From Xylographa opegraphella (taxonomy: Eukaryota): a stretch of 64,000 bases of DNA. Position numbers and translations under genes: made by a program. Under the pieces are notes generated by a model. The model worked only from the letters and a program-made list of their open reading frames with translations, did not search any database and was not told the origin of the DNA. Positions within the stretch are counted from its first letter, which is position 1. Every line of letters starts with the position of its first letter. Of this stretch, positions 1 through 14,124 are shown piece after piece. Location of the stretch: contig JALDZX010000067.1 in NCBI GenBank assembly GCA_022813865.1, positions 1-64,000 on the forward strand. Reading direction: 5' to 3'.

Positions 1-2728
1 GACGCGCTTTAGTCCCGTTCCGTCTATCACTTGTTAAGGTGCCATGTAACACGCCGTTACAATTTACCCAATGAATTATAAAGTGATAAACTATTTTATC
101 TATATATATTGCTGTGCCAAGACGCTAAAGCAAGTTAACGTTATATCCCTCTGTGACCGTACTAAAAATTATTATTAAGGTTATAGTGCGAAATACATGA
201 TTTAAAGAACCGCATTGGGCCTAGTTCTGACTCTGACTGTGGACTCCCCCTGGATACAGGGGATGGCAACATCGGCAATGCCAAATATACATTTCGAGCA
301 ATCTTAGTTGCACTGTACACAACAGAGGATTACTATAGAACACAAGAATAACCACCAGAACTTAGACACCGTTGCTCCAACTTCGCCCCGAGGAGTTACA
401 TTTATGACGAAAAACAAAAAGATCTTCCCAGAATGGCAGCTTCGTCATCTCAAACAGGTATACCTTCCGTCTACTTTCCAGACCTGGACTTTCGTTGGTA
501 AGCGGAAGGTATGCGAACCTTAACGAATAGACACGATCGCCGCGCCGCGTACAATAGATGGTGAGATGCAGGACATTGTAGACCAATCAATTGAAGCAAG
601 TCCCGAGAACAGTAGCGGCAACGTTCAAGGGCTTTCAAGGTAGTCTGGCTCCTGCAGTGGGCCGTCCGCATTCTTGCGCAAGGAAGTACCTTACCGATAC
701 AACATCGAGGAGCTTCCGTTCTTGGTCAGTCTCTGTAAGTCAACTGCATGAGCGAAGTGCCGCAATTGAAGGGATCTAGCCCCAAGAAGCCACAGATGAT
801 CAGGAGTGCTGTTTAGTTGGGCATTTCCACGAGTTGAACGCTTGATGGGATTTAGTCGTGAAGTCTGTGCCGGAATCGTTTATGTAGACCTGTGTATATA
901 TGATTGGTAATGCAATTCGTCCCAATCGTTCTTAAACATGCATGTGTTTGTCACACATCTGCGAGAGGCCCAATTATCACAGCCTCGAGGGACTGCTCTC
1001 GTGGTCGACGATGACTTGGTCATATGCTTTTTTGTGGCACACCGACTATACCATAATATTCGTGGCGTCTACGTGGGCCGTAGCCAGCCACGCCGGACGA
1101 TAAGGTACTTACGAGGGAGTCGGCGATCGCTGGATGGCAGAGTCCGGTGCAGAGTAATCGTTGCGGTGCCGGACCACCGAACGCAGCCACCCAGTCCATA
1201 CGCCAGCTTTAAATCCTCGGTATCAGCCTGTCCCGCAATGCACTGAGAACTTTTGGCAGGAGCACGTTCGTCCGGTGTGGATAACGCTACCTTAGACTTG
1301 ACACTATATAGTATCCACAATCGGCGTACGGAGTAAGCACCTCCCACAATCCTTCCGTGTCCCTACTCTGGATCTCCGGCATATTCCCCACCTGGCGAAC
1401 TGGCACTAAGTGGACGCCACCTTGATGGGAATGTCCTCCATGTCGCTTCAAGCATATCCGGTCTCATCACATCGAGGGCCGCGTCTGGTCTGTGTTCCTG
1501 GACGGACAGGCTGCATAGCGGCACTGGGCTCGTTGATGTTTGGTTCAGGAGCCAGAAAGAGCCAGAAAGAGTAAGTCCATCCGAGATGTATAGCATCATA
1601 CCGCTTGTCAAAACTCATTGAGGAGTATGGCCCTTTAGTCATCTTGATTGCAGTTGATTCGCTCATAGTTCATCATATGGATAACAGGGATAACTTCACA
1701 GGTTACAAGGAGACGACAGCACACTCTGCCTCATCGATTGCAACATTAGAGACGTGCATGAAGCTAGATTATCAACGTTATTGAGAGCGATAGCCTCAAG
1801 AGAGCCTCTTAAGGTATGGTCATGCCGAAGCTTCGGATGAAGGACTAAGTGAGTCCGGGGCGCGCACGCGTCGATTATAGAACGCCATTAACGTAACGAA
1901 CCTCCACAAAGAGCTCGTTGAGGCTGACATGCCGTGAGGATATTCGTGGTTTTGGGATCATAAAAGTCCTGTAGGACAAATCATGCATGGTCCCAGGGGG
2001 GTTCATTATCATGAACGCTTGGCATACTTTACAAAACAAGGGAGCCCTGGGGTCGCCTGCATGCAGCAGCTCCGAACGAACGATCCACCTCGCAGATTTC
2101 CCATCTCCATCTGCGGTTCTCAACTCCACCTTTCATCCGGCGCCTGTGCAGGACTAATAGTACCATTAAGTCGTCGTAGGGCGGCTGAGCGGCCCCCCTG
2201 GAACTGGAACACCACCGGTCTGGAAGCTAGCTTAGATGCTGGGAAGTGCTTACTGGGCGTCAAAAAGGGAGAGAGGGGTTAGTGTTGACTCATACGGAGC
2301 CACCAACTTCTGCAGCATGACAAAGACGCGAAGGCGCACGCTTGCGTAGGATGACAGAGTCGCGGTGCCTGCTGACTACCTGCGTTTGCGAGATCCGTGG
2401 GCCAAACTATATACGATAGCCCAACTCCAGTGCAGCTCGAGCGCGAGTCCACGAGGAAAGCCATTGAAGTCCAGCGAAAGGCTATCTGCGTATCGACTGG
2501 CTGCTTACGGCAATCATCGGCCGCCGTGTAGTGCTACTGTCTATATACATGGGTAGAGTGTCAAAAAAAAGGACCGATCACCGGAAACACGCGTGGTTAA
2601 CCTCTCACATTCATCCGCCAGTCTGACATGGTCGGAGAGCGAGTCACCCCGCCATTAACGCCGTCTGACTCCTAGCATAGCAAAGTGAACGCCGGCCAAT
2701 GCAACGATCGTGGCCCCCATTGTTCGAC

Positions 2729-3478
2729 TCACGAGCAATCCCGCAGCCGTGCAGCAGCACTTTCCACACTCTGGTCGAAGTCGTACGGGTCGAATGGCTC
2801 CGACGACATGCTGTGATCCGTGCTGTCGCTGCGTGAAGACTGGAGGATGGTGATCTTGCGGCGCAGGTCATCGAGCTCGGTGGTCAAGTTGGAATTGGTG
2901 CTGTCCAGTTGGCGATACGAAGCGAGCAGTTCTTGGTGTTTGGTTTCGAGGTCGTCGAGTTGTCGTTGTAGGTCCTGGGCATGCTTTTCTTTGCGCTCTC
3001 TGAAAGCTCGCTGGGACGCTCTGTTTTGTGCTCGGCGGCGCTATGTACGGTTATCATCATGCTCGTCGTGCAAAGCAAGCTCCCCCGCTCACCATGTGCA
3101 TCGAGGAAATTGTCTGTTTGTCCTTGGTAGTATGCGGCCGCCGCCTTCGTCGGTCGTCGCTGTACGGTGCGGTCAGGTCGGTGAATTCGACGAGAGGGCT
3201 GGTGGGAGAGAGGTCGTAGTCTTGATAGCTGTCTGAGGAGGTGGGGAACGGCTCGTAGACTCCTATTTGTTGGTCCATCTGCGAGAATAACTATCGAGAG
3301 TCAACGCGCATTCGGTCGCCATTGATCATGCAAGCCAATGGCCTCCCATACAGATCATACGCACTCTGACGGGACTGGGACTCGAATCCGTGGATGTTCC
3401 TTCGTACAGGTAGCCGCCAGCGTCGGTAAAGTCAGGGAAGTGTGAGAGGTCAATCAGATAGTCCGACGAGGTACCCAT
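2729..3478 (-). CDS. bZIP transcription factor (Yap/AP-1-like basic region), 3 exons
   Basis: Spliced translation gives TISSMHM|RRRAQNRASQRAFRERKEKH followed by a Leu heptad zipper; GT-AG introns at 3041-3092 and about 3279-3370; stop at 2729-2731. Confidence 0.88.
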
Positions 3479-6400
3479 GTTGGCGAGGCTGGCAGGTACT
3501 TCGTGAGTGTCGGATCCGATAGAGTACACGCAAAAGAGTGGTGAATACCGAGCGGTGGAGGATGGCAGCAGGTCAGCCGTTTGGTGCCGAGGGGCTCGGG
3601 CAGTGTTATATGCCTACGTCGAGAGAGCTTGAGCCGATCCGATATGCTACAGCAACGGCCCCGGGTAGGGGCCCAGTCAAGGGCAGGCGGAGGCGAAGCA
3701 TAAGTCGGTGAAGGTAGCCTTGGAGGATATGGGAAAGATGTCCTCGATACCGGAACCTATCAGCACCGTCGGCACCGTTTGCGTAAGGCGCAGGGTGTCC
3801 GCTGCATATTCCGGAGCACGATCGGAATAGACTTTGTGCGTGGAGGGGGGTGCCGCAACTGGCACCGCTGTGTCAGCAAGGTGATTCTTAGATAATACCG
3901 TGCAGGAAGCCAGTTCTCCTCCTGGCAGCGCGGATCCTCATGGAGACAGCCTGACCGCTCACCAAGACTTGGCGATCCAGGGAGGCCTTCATAAGGTACC
4001 TAGAGAGAGCACCGCTGCAGTTCTGTCCGTGCGCCTGAAGGTTCGAAGATTGACGAGCGGCCAACGATGGATACAGTAAGCACACCTTGGGATATACAGA
4101 CGGAGCGTTCATATGGCCACACCGCGCGGGGTTCCGCGCCTGGATTCCGCCGTGCATCACAGGCAGCGCCAAGGAGTCAAGGACGCCCCCCACGAGATTG
4201 ATAACAGCGCCTACCCCGCAGTGGTTGCTTGTCAGCATCGACGCCGGGCTTGCACCGAGATGCGGCGAGCATGCGACGAACAACCTAACAACGAGGCCGG
4301 ACCAGCGTTCACATATCAGGAAAGGCGGTGGAAGACACCGGGGTGCCGGGCGACGGTGGTGGTGGTGGTGTGAGGCCATCCATCACCATCGGACCTCGTG
4401 CAAATCCTCTCAACGGCTGCAACGGGTTAGTAGCGTCAGCACTGCCCGCGAACGGCATTATTCTCTGCGCACATGGCAATAATCGAGGAATGCCTGTATC
4501 GGGCTCACGGTAGCTGCAACCATCACGGCTAAATGGATGTCGACCATCCCATCAGCCCATCAGCCTGCGTGGGCGGGTGTGCGGGTGTGTGCTGGCACGC
4601 TTGCCGTCAAAGGTACAGGTATGGAAACAATAATACAGAGTCTGGCACGTGGCAGCGCACAATGAACGGTGCAAGACGTGTCCATCTCGGTCCGCTCGGC
4701 CACTCGTACTGCGCGCCTTGAAACCGGACTTGCTTGGCGGCCGGAGTGTTTGTGTCCGTACCATCGACACCGTTATCGCAGAATTGAAAGACGGCGAGTC
4801 TCACACCATCACGAGTCTCACACCAACATCAGCATCCAATCTTCGACTTTCGACTTTAGATCGCTGAAAGTGTCATGGAGAGAAGTGACCGTGTCTGTGG
4901 AATGGACACCCCTCTCTTCTTCGGTGAAAAGCAGCTACGCTGAGCCAGGAAAGCTGCTTCAGCAAACAAATCTTGACAGAGATCAACTGACCTCTTCGGT
5001 GTGTGGCGGTGAGAGTAGCAATGGAGCGTATTCCGATATTATTGATGTGTGACTTCGACTATTTGACACTATTGGTCAAACAGTGGTTACTCCATATTCC
5101 CTGTCGGAGAAATACAGCCTGCGACACATCGACATGGGAAGCTCTACCAAACCGAGCCCGCTCGCTCACATTCAGCCGGTGCATGCTCTGGTTGGAGGAG
5201 CAGGACCCTCGACGTTTCTTTTGTAGATGCAGCTCACTCTGTGATATGCCACAGATGCGCCTCGGCATTCTGCCGCCCCGAGGCTAGCAGAAGGTGGTAT
5301 GATGAGGTAAGTGGATCATGTTCGGCAATAACAAGCGATGTACTTTGGAGGATCCAGGATTGGCGCCCCTGATGCCTGCCGCCTTTAGCCAGTTCGTATC
5401 CAACTGCCTTCGAACTTTTGGCATGTGCTGAGCCACACCAAAGGGAAAATCGTTGTACCGACGCCGCACGGGTGTGCCCGAGAAGAAGTTCCCGTCGTTG
5501 GTTACCTTATCCTAGCTCGAGCCAGGCGCGAGAGTAAGGTAAGGTACCTTAGGTAAGCTAGTGTGCCCGTCAAAAGGGGCAGCAGCACCCAGGTCCCGCT
5601 GTGCCAAGTGCAATGCCACATGTTTGACAATCGTGACAGGAGCAGGAGAACGGTTTCAACGTTATACGAGCGGACCGGCCATTGCTAGGTCCTCTTTCCA
5701 CCCATTATTCTGCATCATCATTTCCGCCGCGATCTGTTGCGCTGAACTCGAGAGCGGTCAATGTCAACGGCGGTGTTGGCGGTGTTGGAGTCGTGTTTCA
5801 CCAAGCTAGTGCCATTCGCTTGGTCGCCAGCATTCGGAAGGTCTAGCCTATAGCGCGCTAGGCGTTATCTCTGCTGAACATCGGCCTTGGCGCTGACCAG
5901 GAGGCTTTGGATTTTCGCTCCTTCTTCAGCTTCGTCGCAGACTCAGCTGCTTTGCCATCGATCGGTCGCGTGGAGGCAACGATTGGCCATCATTGTTTGC
6001 TTTCTGTGTCGATACCCTTCGCCCCAAGCCTTCGGCGGGCGTAATACTCTATAAGATCTGGTCCAGCTAGCGGTAAGATTTCATCGAGATCTCTGGACTG
6101 ATCGATGGCTGATTGTGCGAAGCAAACCGGCTTATCGATAACCGCCTGCGTATCTCAACCTTTCACTTCGACCATGCACATAGAAGAGTGCTGACCGACG
6201 ATCATACTCTGCCAAACAAACTATACGGTCTTCGAGGGAGCTTCGACATCTCCAGCTGTCGCCTTTCTTCGGATCATAGCCCTACCCTCGCATCCTCTTC
6301 CATTGTTGTGACTATTGCCATCTTTGGCGACACCTTGTCAATCTTACATTCGCCGTCACCCGTCGTAACGCGACTCCATCCTACGCCATCATTGTTTACA

Positions 6401-6712
6401 GCTTCACGTACTCCCCGAGCGACCCGCTCGTACTCTGGACATAGCTTGAAGCTGACAGTTGTTCGAAAATCTTGCGTCTTTTCTGTAACGCTGTTCCATT
6501 CTTCTGGACCACCGTCAGGCTCCAGCTCAGAACCATCGTTGTTTCTGTTTCGATTCGGTCGAAATGTATGTGATTGTATACATAACCCCTACGGAAATGA
6601 AGATTCTGACACATAAAATCAGCCTTATCTGTTGACCTGTACCTCACATCCTCAATAGGCCGTGTGTGGAATGCCGATCTAGAATTCAGTGTCCTAGGCC
6701 GTCTCTGCAGCT

Positions 6713-8022
6713 ATGTGCCTACGCTTGCCAAAGCTGGGAGGCAACCCTCTCACTCGGTCGACGAGTGAAGAAATCAGGAAAAATGCAGAGATTGAGAGAA
6801 TTCTTCGCAAAGACAAAAAGCAACAAGCTAAGAGTGTGAAGATTTTACTTCTTGGTATGTAAATATTTCCACCGCCGAAATTTCTGGCTGGAATTCACAT
6901 TGTATACCTAGGTGCGGGAGAATCTGGGAAATCCACCATCTTGAAGCAAATGCGCTTAATCTATGCCAATGGGTTTCCTGCTCACGAGCGTAAGGAAATA
7001 CGCCAGGTAATTTTTGCCAACATGGTCACATCCTTTCGGGTTGTTGCAGAGGAAATGAGATACTATGGCTACGAATATGAAATCGATGAAACACAAGTGA
7101 GTCGAATCTGACCTCTGAGCAAATGATTTCTGAATGCTGGTGACAGAAGTGCGAGGCCGTTCTGCTGGTCGCCGAAGATATTGGGGTGAATGATTCGTTC
7201 CCGATTGACTGTTTGTCGGCTATGAAGGGACTTTGGGAAGACCCATCCATACAGAAAACCATAAAGCGTGGGAATGAATACGCGCTCCATGACAACATCC
7301 TATAGTGAGTTGGAGGTATATGCATCACGCGAGTACACGATAATAACTTTAATGAAGCTTTTATCATCATATCGATCGCCTATTCAAGAAGGATTATGTT
7401 CCTAACGATCAGGATATTTTACGATCACGCCTTCGCACCACAGGCATTACCGAGACACTTTTTGAGCTTGGCCAGCTCAACTATCACATGTTCGATGTCG
7501 GCGGGCAGCGGTCTGAGCGTAAGAAATGGGTCCATTGCTTCGAAGGGGTTCACTGCCTGTTGTTCGTTGCATCGCTGAGCGGCTACGATCAATGCTTAGT
7601 AGAAGACAAAGCTTCGGTATGGAATCATACCCCGGCAGCTGAACTTCAATGGGTACAATTTGCTGACAAACTTCGAAAAGAATCAAATGCAGGAGGCTCT
7701 TATGCTTTTCGAGTCGATCCTGAACCTCCAGTGGTTTAAGAAGTCGTCAATCATCCTCTTCTTGAACAAGATGGATCTATTCAAAGCAAAGCTCGCCGAA
7801 AAGCCAATCCGCGACTACTTCCCGGATTATAGCGGTGTCGACACTGATGTTACAGCGGCTGGAGAATACTTCGCGAAAAAGTTCTGCGGACTCAACCGCA
7901 CGGCTGATCGGGAAATCTACGTACACTACACCAACGCAACCGACACAAACCTGCTTAAAATCACCATGAAGAGTGTCCAGGATACCATCATCCAAAACAA
8001 CCTGAACAGGTATATATTATAG
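6713..8022 (+). CDS. Heterotrimeric G protein alpha subunit, fungal group II (GanA/GNA-2-like), 5 exons
   Basis: GAGESGKST, Rxx[20 protein letters not shown] and TNAT motifs; starts MCLR with no Gly2 myristoylation site, as in group II; four GT-AG introns. Confidence 0.95.
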
Positions 8023-8542
8023 TCGTCATATTTCGAGGATTACCTTAACGTAAGCACAGAGAGTTGGGCATTTAATGAGCTTATGGCGACCACGTTAGCA
8101 CAGAATGGTACGCAGAATTTGACGAGGCCCTAGCGAACATGTTCATGGATATCTGTCAACGATCCTGTAATCGTTTTTTACGGTAGATCTGGAGAAGCTT
8201 TTCATCTCCTCAGGAATCACCCCCGGGTTGCAATGGAGCATGTATTTACTAGCGAGTCAGGTGTCTCACACATTATACTGAGCAAGACCACTTAATATTA
8301 TATAGCATTTGTGAACAAGATTGTGGCCCATCAACGTAAACATGCATAAGTGTCAATTCAACCCGATCCCTAGCAAGAATCAATAACGAATCAATAACGA
8401 AATCACGATTTCCGATTTTAGCCGCGCACGGACCAGGTAGTGCGAAGTCCGGACTGCTTTTGCCGCTCCACCCAGCGGGTATTTTGCGGTTACACTTCTA
8501 CGACGTCCTTGGGTACGGTCCACGGAGACAAAAGAGCACAGA

Positions 8543-9840
8543 ATGAGGATGCTGGTCTCCTCAGCGGGGCGAGTTGCTCGAAGGAAACCTCTACTTGACA
8601 TCTCGAGCTCTCTTACTTTGCACAACTCAAGCGTGACAGTTCCTCGACCTGTTCCTCAGAGCTCTCGCCAGCGACGTTGCTCCTCCTCGAAACCCTCTAG
8701 TCCTCCAAATGACGACCCTGCGCCAATCACAGCGCCGGCAGATGCTTCTGCGGACGGCGCAACTACTCGGCCTGGCGCAGGTACGAGGAAACGTTCGACT
8801 ACACGCTTGACTTATCAGAGGACACAAGAGGCCTCGCTGAAGCGAAAAGGGCGGATACCGGAAAGCAAACTACCTCGTCTTCCTAGTGTACCTAATACCA
8901 AGCATATCCACCCCCATGGTAAGTCCCCAATCTTCACGGATTCTTGGAGACAATCCAAGGCTGATTCCGTTGCAGACGTCCATACGGCCTCGTTCTTCTC
9001 CCTACATCGACCCATGTCTGTTACCGCTGTTTTCCCACCCTATTCGTCCCCTTCCACGTTCTCCTCAATCTTCATGCCCCGAAAGGAGCAGAAATCATAC
9101 CCTGCGGAAGTGATAGATACACTTTCCGCCGTGGTTGATAACATCGAAAAAGCATCCACGCGGTCTGACATACATTCGCAATCATCGAACACAACACCCG
9201 CTTCGCCTTCTAATCCTCAGCCCAACTCACACGAAGCACTTAGCGCAGCCGTTACGCCACTCTTTACTTCAAGTACTGAAACTACGGGTCCTACCAACAT
9301 TGACAGCCATGTACAACAGATAGTACATATCAATACTGAAGACCTTGCCCGTGCCTTTCGGCCTTTCAACCCACCGCCCGTGCCTGTTCCCATACCAGCT
9401 CAAGCTGATGATGAAGCAACTGCCTCGCATGTTCGCTCGAGTCCATCACTCTCGAAAGCGCTCCCAATTCCTCCTTCATTTTTTAAAGCATCTACTACGA
9501 GCTGGGTTGCCATCCAGGATGCTCTTCGAAAGAAGTTGCTTGATTCCAGCTTGGGAACCTTTCGTGAGCGCATGCGTAGTCGGCATCTGCAGTGGCTAGA
9601 GAAGCGCGCCGAGCAGAGGCGGGAGACGTGGAGGGCGATTAGTGTGAAGAGGCAAAGGAGACTGAAAATAAAGAAACACAAGTAGGTTGACGCTTGTGTC
9701 CAAATGATTTGATTTTTCGTACTTGAGATTGCCCAAAGTGTATTTCCTGCAATTCGGTGACCCAAGCTAACCAAATTTGCAGGTACAAGAAACTTATGCG
9801 AAGAACAAAGAACTTACGTAGACGTCTAGACAGGCTATGA
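8543..9840 (+). CDS. COX24: Mitochondrial COX24 / mS38 (DUF1713) protein
   Basis: Arg/Ser-rich presequence-like N-terminus; spliced C-terminus ISVKRQRRLKIKKHK|YKKLMRRTKNLRRRLDRL; introns about 8918-8976 and 9682-9782. Confidence 0.85.
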
Positions 9841-10460
9841 GTCTAAGAAAGATGGCTGTCCCGTCGAGCACTGACAGTGATTGCTGTAAATAAGGAGTTT
9901 GATGTATCTCCTGCGAGGTGGTGTCTTTTCCGGGAAGCGTTCTATAGGTGTGGGATGGTGTGTGCCCGTGAGTGAATGAGTGCAAGTGGCGTGGTTTGCC
10001 AAACAATTCAGCTGTTACTGGTCCCGCAAGAGTTGTTTGGATGAAGCCGACAGGAAACAGGGTTGTTTATATAGCCTGTTGAGTGGAATCAACAACTTCC
10101 TCTCTCTTCAAACACTTTTATCTGCGTTGTGACTTTATGGACCTCGTTAGCTGTCACTCTCCCAGCTAGACTATAGCGTGACGCATCCGCAGTCATACCT
10201 GAAAATTTCCCATGTATGATTTTTTTTTCTTCACCGGAGCAACATTCTGCGATCATTCATCGCCGCTTCACAACCACGCTTGTCTGTACCATCGTGTGCC
10301 AGTCTCTTTACTCATTCCTTACCCAATCATACCTGTATTGCGACTGCAACTGTATTCGCTTCACACTCAACAAAGCCATACTGCAATTGTAGTCAACCCC
10401 CGTCGTCCGAGTCCCTATATATACAGGCTCTTTTCCTCTTCTCACCGTGCTATTTCTTTC

Positions 10461-10483
10461 CTCTCTCTCTCTCTCTCTCTCTC
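10461..10483 (+). repeat. (CT)11 microsatellite / CT-box
   Basis: Read directly from the sequence. Confidence 0.9.
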
Positions 10484-10708
10484 ATCAGCAACAAACACGG
10501 CCGCAGCAACAGGTACAGTGAGTGGTATCTACATAACAACAGCATCGATCAACAAGCCGTATCCTCCAGACCCAAAACCCCATCCACCAAGCACAGGAAA
10601 CGCAGCCCCCCCTCGTATCACCCGTCCACAAAGAGCTCCTCGACTCAAGCACAGAGCCCCATCCAACCAACCAGGGAAAAACCCAGCACCGACCCAATCA
10701 TCGCCCCG

Positions 10709-10876
10709 ATGTCCGCCCAGCGAGACCCCACTCCCCCTCCCTTCCCAGCGCCGCTCCCCACCCCACCCGGTTCACCGCCTCCGAGTCCTCCTCCCACGCC
10801 CCCCCCGCCAACCGCTGCCGCTCCGCTCCAGCTTCCCCCACCAACCATGAGCATCTCCATCAGCACCGCCACCTGA
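10709..10876 (+). CDS. Candidate 55-aa proline-rich small protein
   Basis: ATG ORF MSAQRDPTPPPFPAPLPTPPGSPPP... downstream of TATATATA (10416) and a CT-box; no recognisable homology. Confidence 0.25.
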   Translation: MSAQRDPTPPPFPAPLPTPPGSPPPSPPPTPPPPTAAAPLQLPPPTMSISISTAT

Positions 10877-11824
10877 TCCAAGCCCCAGCTATCCCAACCC
10901 CGACCCCGACATAACCCGTCGGCCAGAGCCATCATCGGCCGCCAGCCGGGAAAACGTGGCCGCTGAGCTGGGTGGACGGATGGGAAGGGCGGAAGCGCCG
11001 AGGCAAGCAAGCAAGCAACAGCTGCTGGAGGCGCGCGAACGGAGGGAAGATAGACGTGGACATGGAACGAGGCAAGCAGGACGTGGCTGGTGGCGAAGCA
11101 GGATGGGGGCGATTGTCGAACACGGGGGCAATGCTTGCGTGCCCAACCGAGGGACTGACTATACATGAGACTGTGTTGTCTAGAAACGAGACATTATGCT
11201 AGATAGATAATCTTCTCTGTGAGGGAAATGCGGCTGTTTCAAACACAATACATACATACTATGCTGAGGATTTATGTGACGGTATCCCTGCTCTATGGAT
11301 AACAGAAGGTGGTGCTTTACATTGTATGGACGCACCACCGGACCTTTGACGAATCCACGAGATATCGTTGCTTACCAAGTGGTGCTGGACCGCGGCGGCA
11401 GAGCCTTGAAGGCTCTGCATGACTCGCCATCAGTCGATCTGTAGACAGGAGGACCGGGGAGTGGCGGTAACTAAGTATGATCGGGCCTCCGTTCGACGTA
11501 ATGTGTGCACATTCTTCGATGATACAATCAGACCATCACACGTGTATATATATATGCATTACGGAAACAGCCAGATACAAATAAAGTACACTTCAAGAAC
11601 AGGTGCAACATGCCGGGATGTTGCCACTTTCCATGCAGCAACGCCATGATTGACAATCTCAAGAGACGGATGCCTCCTTCACGAGATTTTTCCTCTCCAT
11701 AACTCTCATATCCACAATCGCTCGTACATGTAACACATTGACCCTTGTCACATCATGGTGGCTTATCGTACCTTTCCAACCATTGGCCTTCTGCATTTCC
11801 TTGGTAGAAAGCTCTTGCCGCTGT

Positions 11825-12778
11825 CTAACAATGGGCATCCCCAGTTGCGTTGGCATTCATCAATAGAGCTACGATAAGTCCATAGAGACCTATAGAATCG
11901 TTAATGGTGGCAGCATGCTCAAAGCAGATGAGGTATCTTACCCAGAACTTCGGCAAAAATAAGAATGAGAATCATGCCAACGAACAATCGTGGCTGCTGT
12001 GCGGTACCACGCACACCAGCGTCACCAACTATACCGATAGCGAAGCTGTAAAGCAGTATGTCAATGATGAAGCTTCCAGCGCTGCTATTAGGTAGCGACA
12101 AAGCTTACCCAGCTGCAAGACCCGACAAACCAACACTCAACCCAGCCCCCAATTGGATAAATCCGGTATATAATGGCAGCTCTTGCTTCAGCCCGTCGGA
12201 AATCAAAACTGACACGACCAAGCCATAGATACCAATGATACCAGCCATAATGACGGGTACAATGTCTAATCCGCCGTATCAGCAAAGCAGTCTCGAAGCC
12301 ACCGGTACGAGTATCGCAGTAGATAATGTTACATACTCTTGACAATCAAGTCGGGCCGTAGTACACCCATTGCTGAGATACCGACTCCGGATTTCGCTGT
12401 GCCGTAGGCGGCACCGAAACAGGTGAAGACGATAGCGGACGTACAGCCCATCGCTCCAAAGAAGGGCTATGTACAATGTCAGATAAGCTTATAAGTAGAT
12501 TGGCGTTAGAACAGCAAGCGCTAAAATGCGGATGCAATTCTTGACTCGGTGGCTGCAGCGGAGTGCTTGTGGCACCTTGGTCGGACCGGAAGAGGGAAGG
12601 AACTGACAGCATATACGGGACTGTATAGAAAGGCACCATTAGTGAATACTCTGCAGCCGCTGATCCTTGAGGTAAGAGGTATTTGTTGCGATCCAGGCGA
12701 TCCAGAAGCTCTACCATTATCGGGAAACAGGCCAGATCAAGAACAAACGTTAGTTACGTACCAGAGATCTGTGGCCAT
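11825..12778 (-). CDS. VMA3: V-type ATPase 16 kDa proteolipid subunit c
   Basis: Spliced [24 protein letters not shown]...[31 protein letters not shown]; conserved Glu in AEVLG; 13-nt microexon 12608-12620. Confidence 0.96.
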
Positions 12779-12947
12779 TTTGACTGTCTAGCAACAAGAA
12801 TGATTCGGAGTCGGAGTTATCGTTTTTGATTATGCGAGAGAGAGGTTCTTCTGGCTATGGAAGGGTGACTGATGGCGAAGAGGTTGATACCAGTGGTGGT
12901 GACGGAGAAGACGAGGTGGAAGATCTGGCGGCGGCGTTAGCGAAATA

Positions 12948-12955
12948 GTCACGTG
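12948..12955. promoter_or_regulatory. GTCACGTG E-box (Cbf1/bHLH-type) upstream of VMA3
   Basis: Motif lies about 170 bp upstream of the VMA3 ATG; function is inferred only. Confidence 0.3.
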
Positions 12956-13724
12956 CACATCGCCAAGACCTCGACTCACTTCGAGATTACAGATCTGAGC
13001 TCAGTCCGCAACACAAAATAGATCGTATATTCTGCATGTCACTTTATCTACTCAATGCAACCGAGTGAAGCGATGCTGCTTTAAGTTGCGCCACGGACCA
13101 ACAAACCTTGTCATTTATTGCTCTCGATTGGGTCTTCCAGTATCAAGGCTCTTGGAATCGTGGTTCTCCCGCCATAGGAATTACAATTTGTACGGGCAGC
13201 TGCTACCCTCCATGGCTGCACAACCCCTTGTATCACGAGATGGCGAATTGACCCATCAAGAATAATTGAGTTTATTGCCCCATCAAATAGCAAGGTTCCT
13301 GAATCTCTACTGGCGAAGATTCCACCGAAGCGCTATATTATAATAGTGGTGGAAATGATTAGAAACTTAATAAATAGGTCGAAGGACTATGGTCTGTAAC
13401 GTGCTTGGTAGATGAAAGTGTGTATGAAAAATCCCACGCAAGCGGTGGACCAATAGAGCAGCTACGATCGTGGACTTGTTACTAATACTCCGAAGATTCG
13501 CATCTCCGTCATTGGATTGGCACAATACAGGAGATCATTGAAAATTCCGCCTGGGGTCGGATCGATAATTCAAATCGAAAGCTGGAACTGGCCAAGGCGT
13601 ATCAGCTCGATATGACTATCATCCCGTGAGCATCAATAATATATATCATTAACCACGAGCGATAGTTCGGCTTCATGACTCGAAAGCTCAGGCTCTTTGA
13701 AGAAGCCTAAGCTGCACAGCAAAT

Positions 13725-13751
13725 AGGCAAACAGGCAAACAGGCAAACAGG
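13725..13751 (+). repeat. AGGCAAAC tandem repeat (about 3.4 copies)
   Basis: Read directly from the sequence. Confidence 0.8.
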
Positions 13752-14124
13752 TAATACCAGTCTCTTTCGGCGGTAAGCTTCCGTGATCAGGGCTTATGAG
13801 AGGCCTAGGGACTTGGATTCAGCAACTTGATAATAAAGATCACCTGTGTCCAAGATCTGCAAGATCCTACAAGATACGAAATGAACTCATTTATCTCTTG
13901 TGATAGCACTCCGGTCCCAGCAACCAGAGAATATGGTATTCATGGAATGTATTATTGTACTGTATAACGTGCTGGGTATCCTCCTGTAGTTCGTCTAGTC
14001 ATACATTTCCGGTCCACTATCAATCCTATTCCTCAAATATGCCAAAAAGGATCCTCTCCTAATACAAGCACGTAGGCTTTCTATATATACAAAAATATGA
14101 AAGTCATTATATGCAGGGTGAACT

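Noticed and set aside
1..320. AT-rich start with a TGTAAC...GTTACA inverted repeat (possible LTR relic)
   Set aside because: Only 6-bp arms 5 nt apart; no second LTR, PBS or TSD visible in the window.
300..2600. Several short ORFs on both strands
   Set aside because: No recognisable motifs or coherent splice model.
6713..6730. G-alpha lacking the myristoylation Gly2, with a possible long 5'-UTR intron (about 6073-6710)
   Set aside because: Lack of Gly2 is normal for group II fungal G-alpha, and the leader intron cannot be supported without transcripts.
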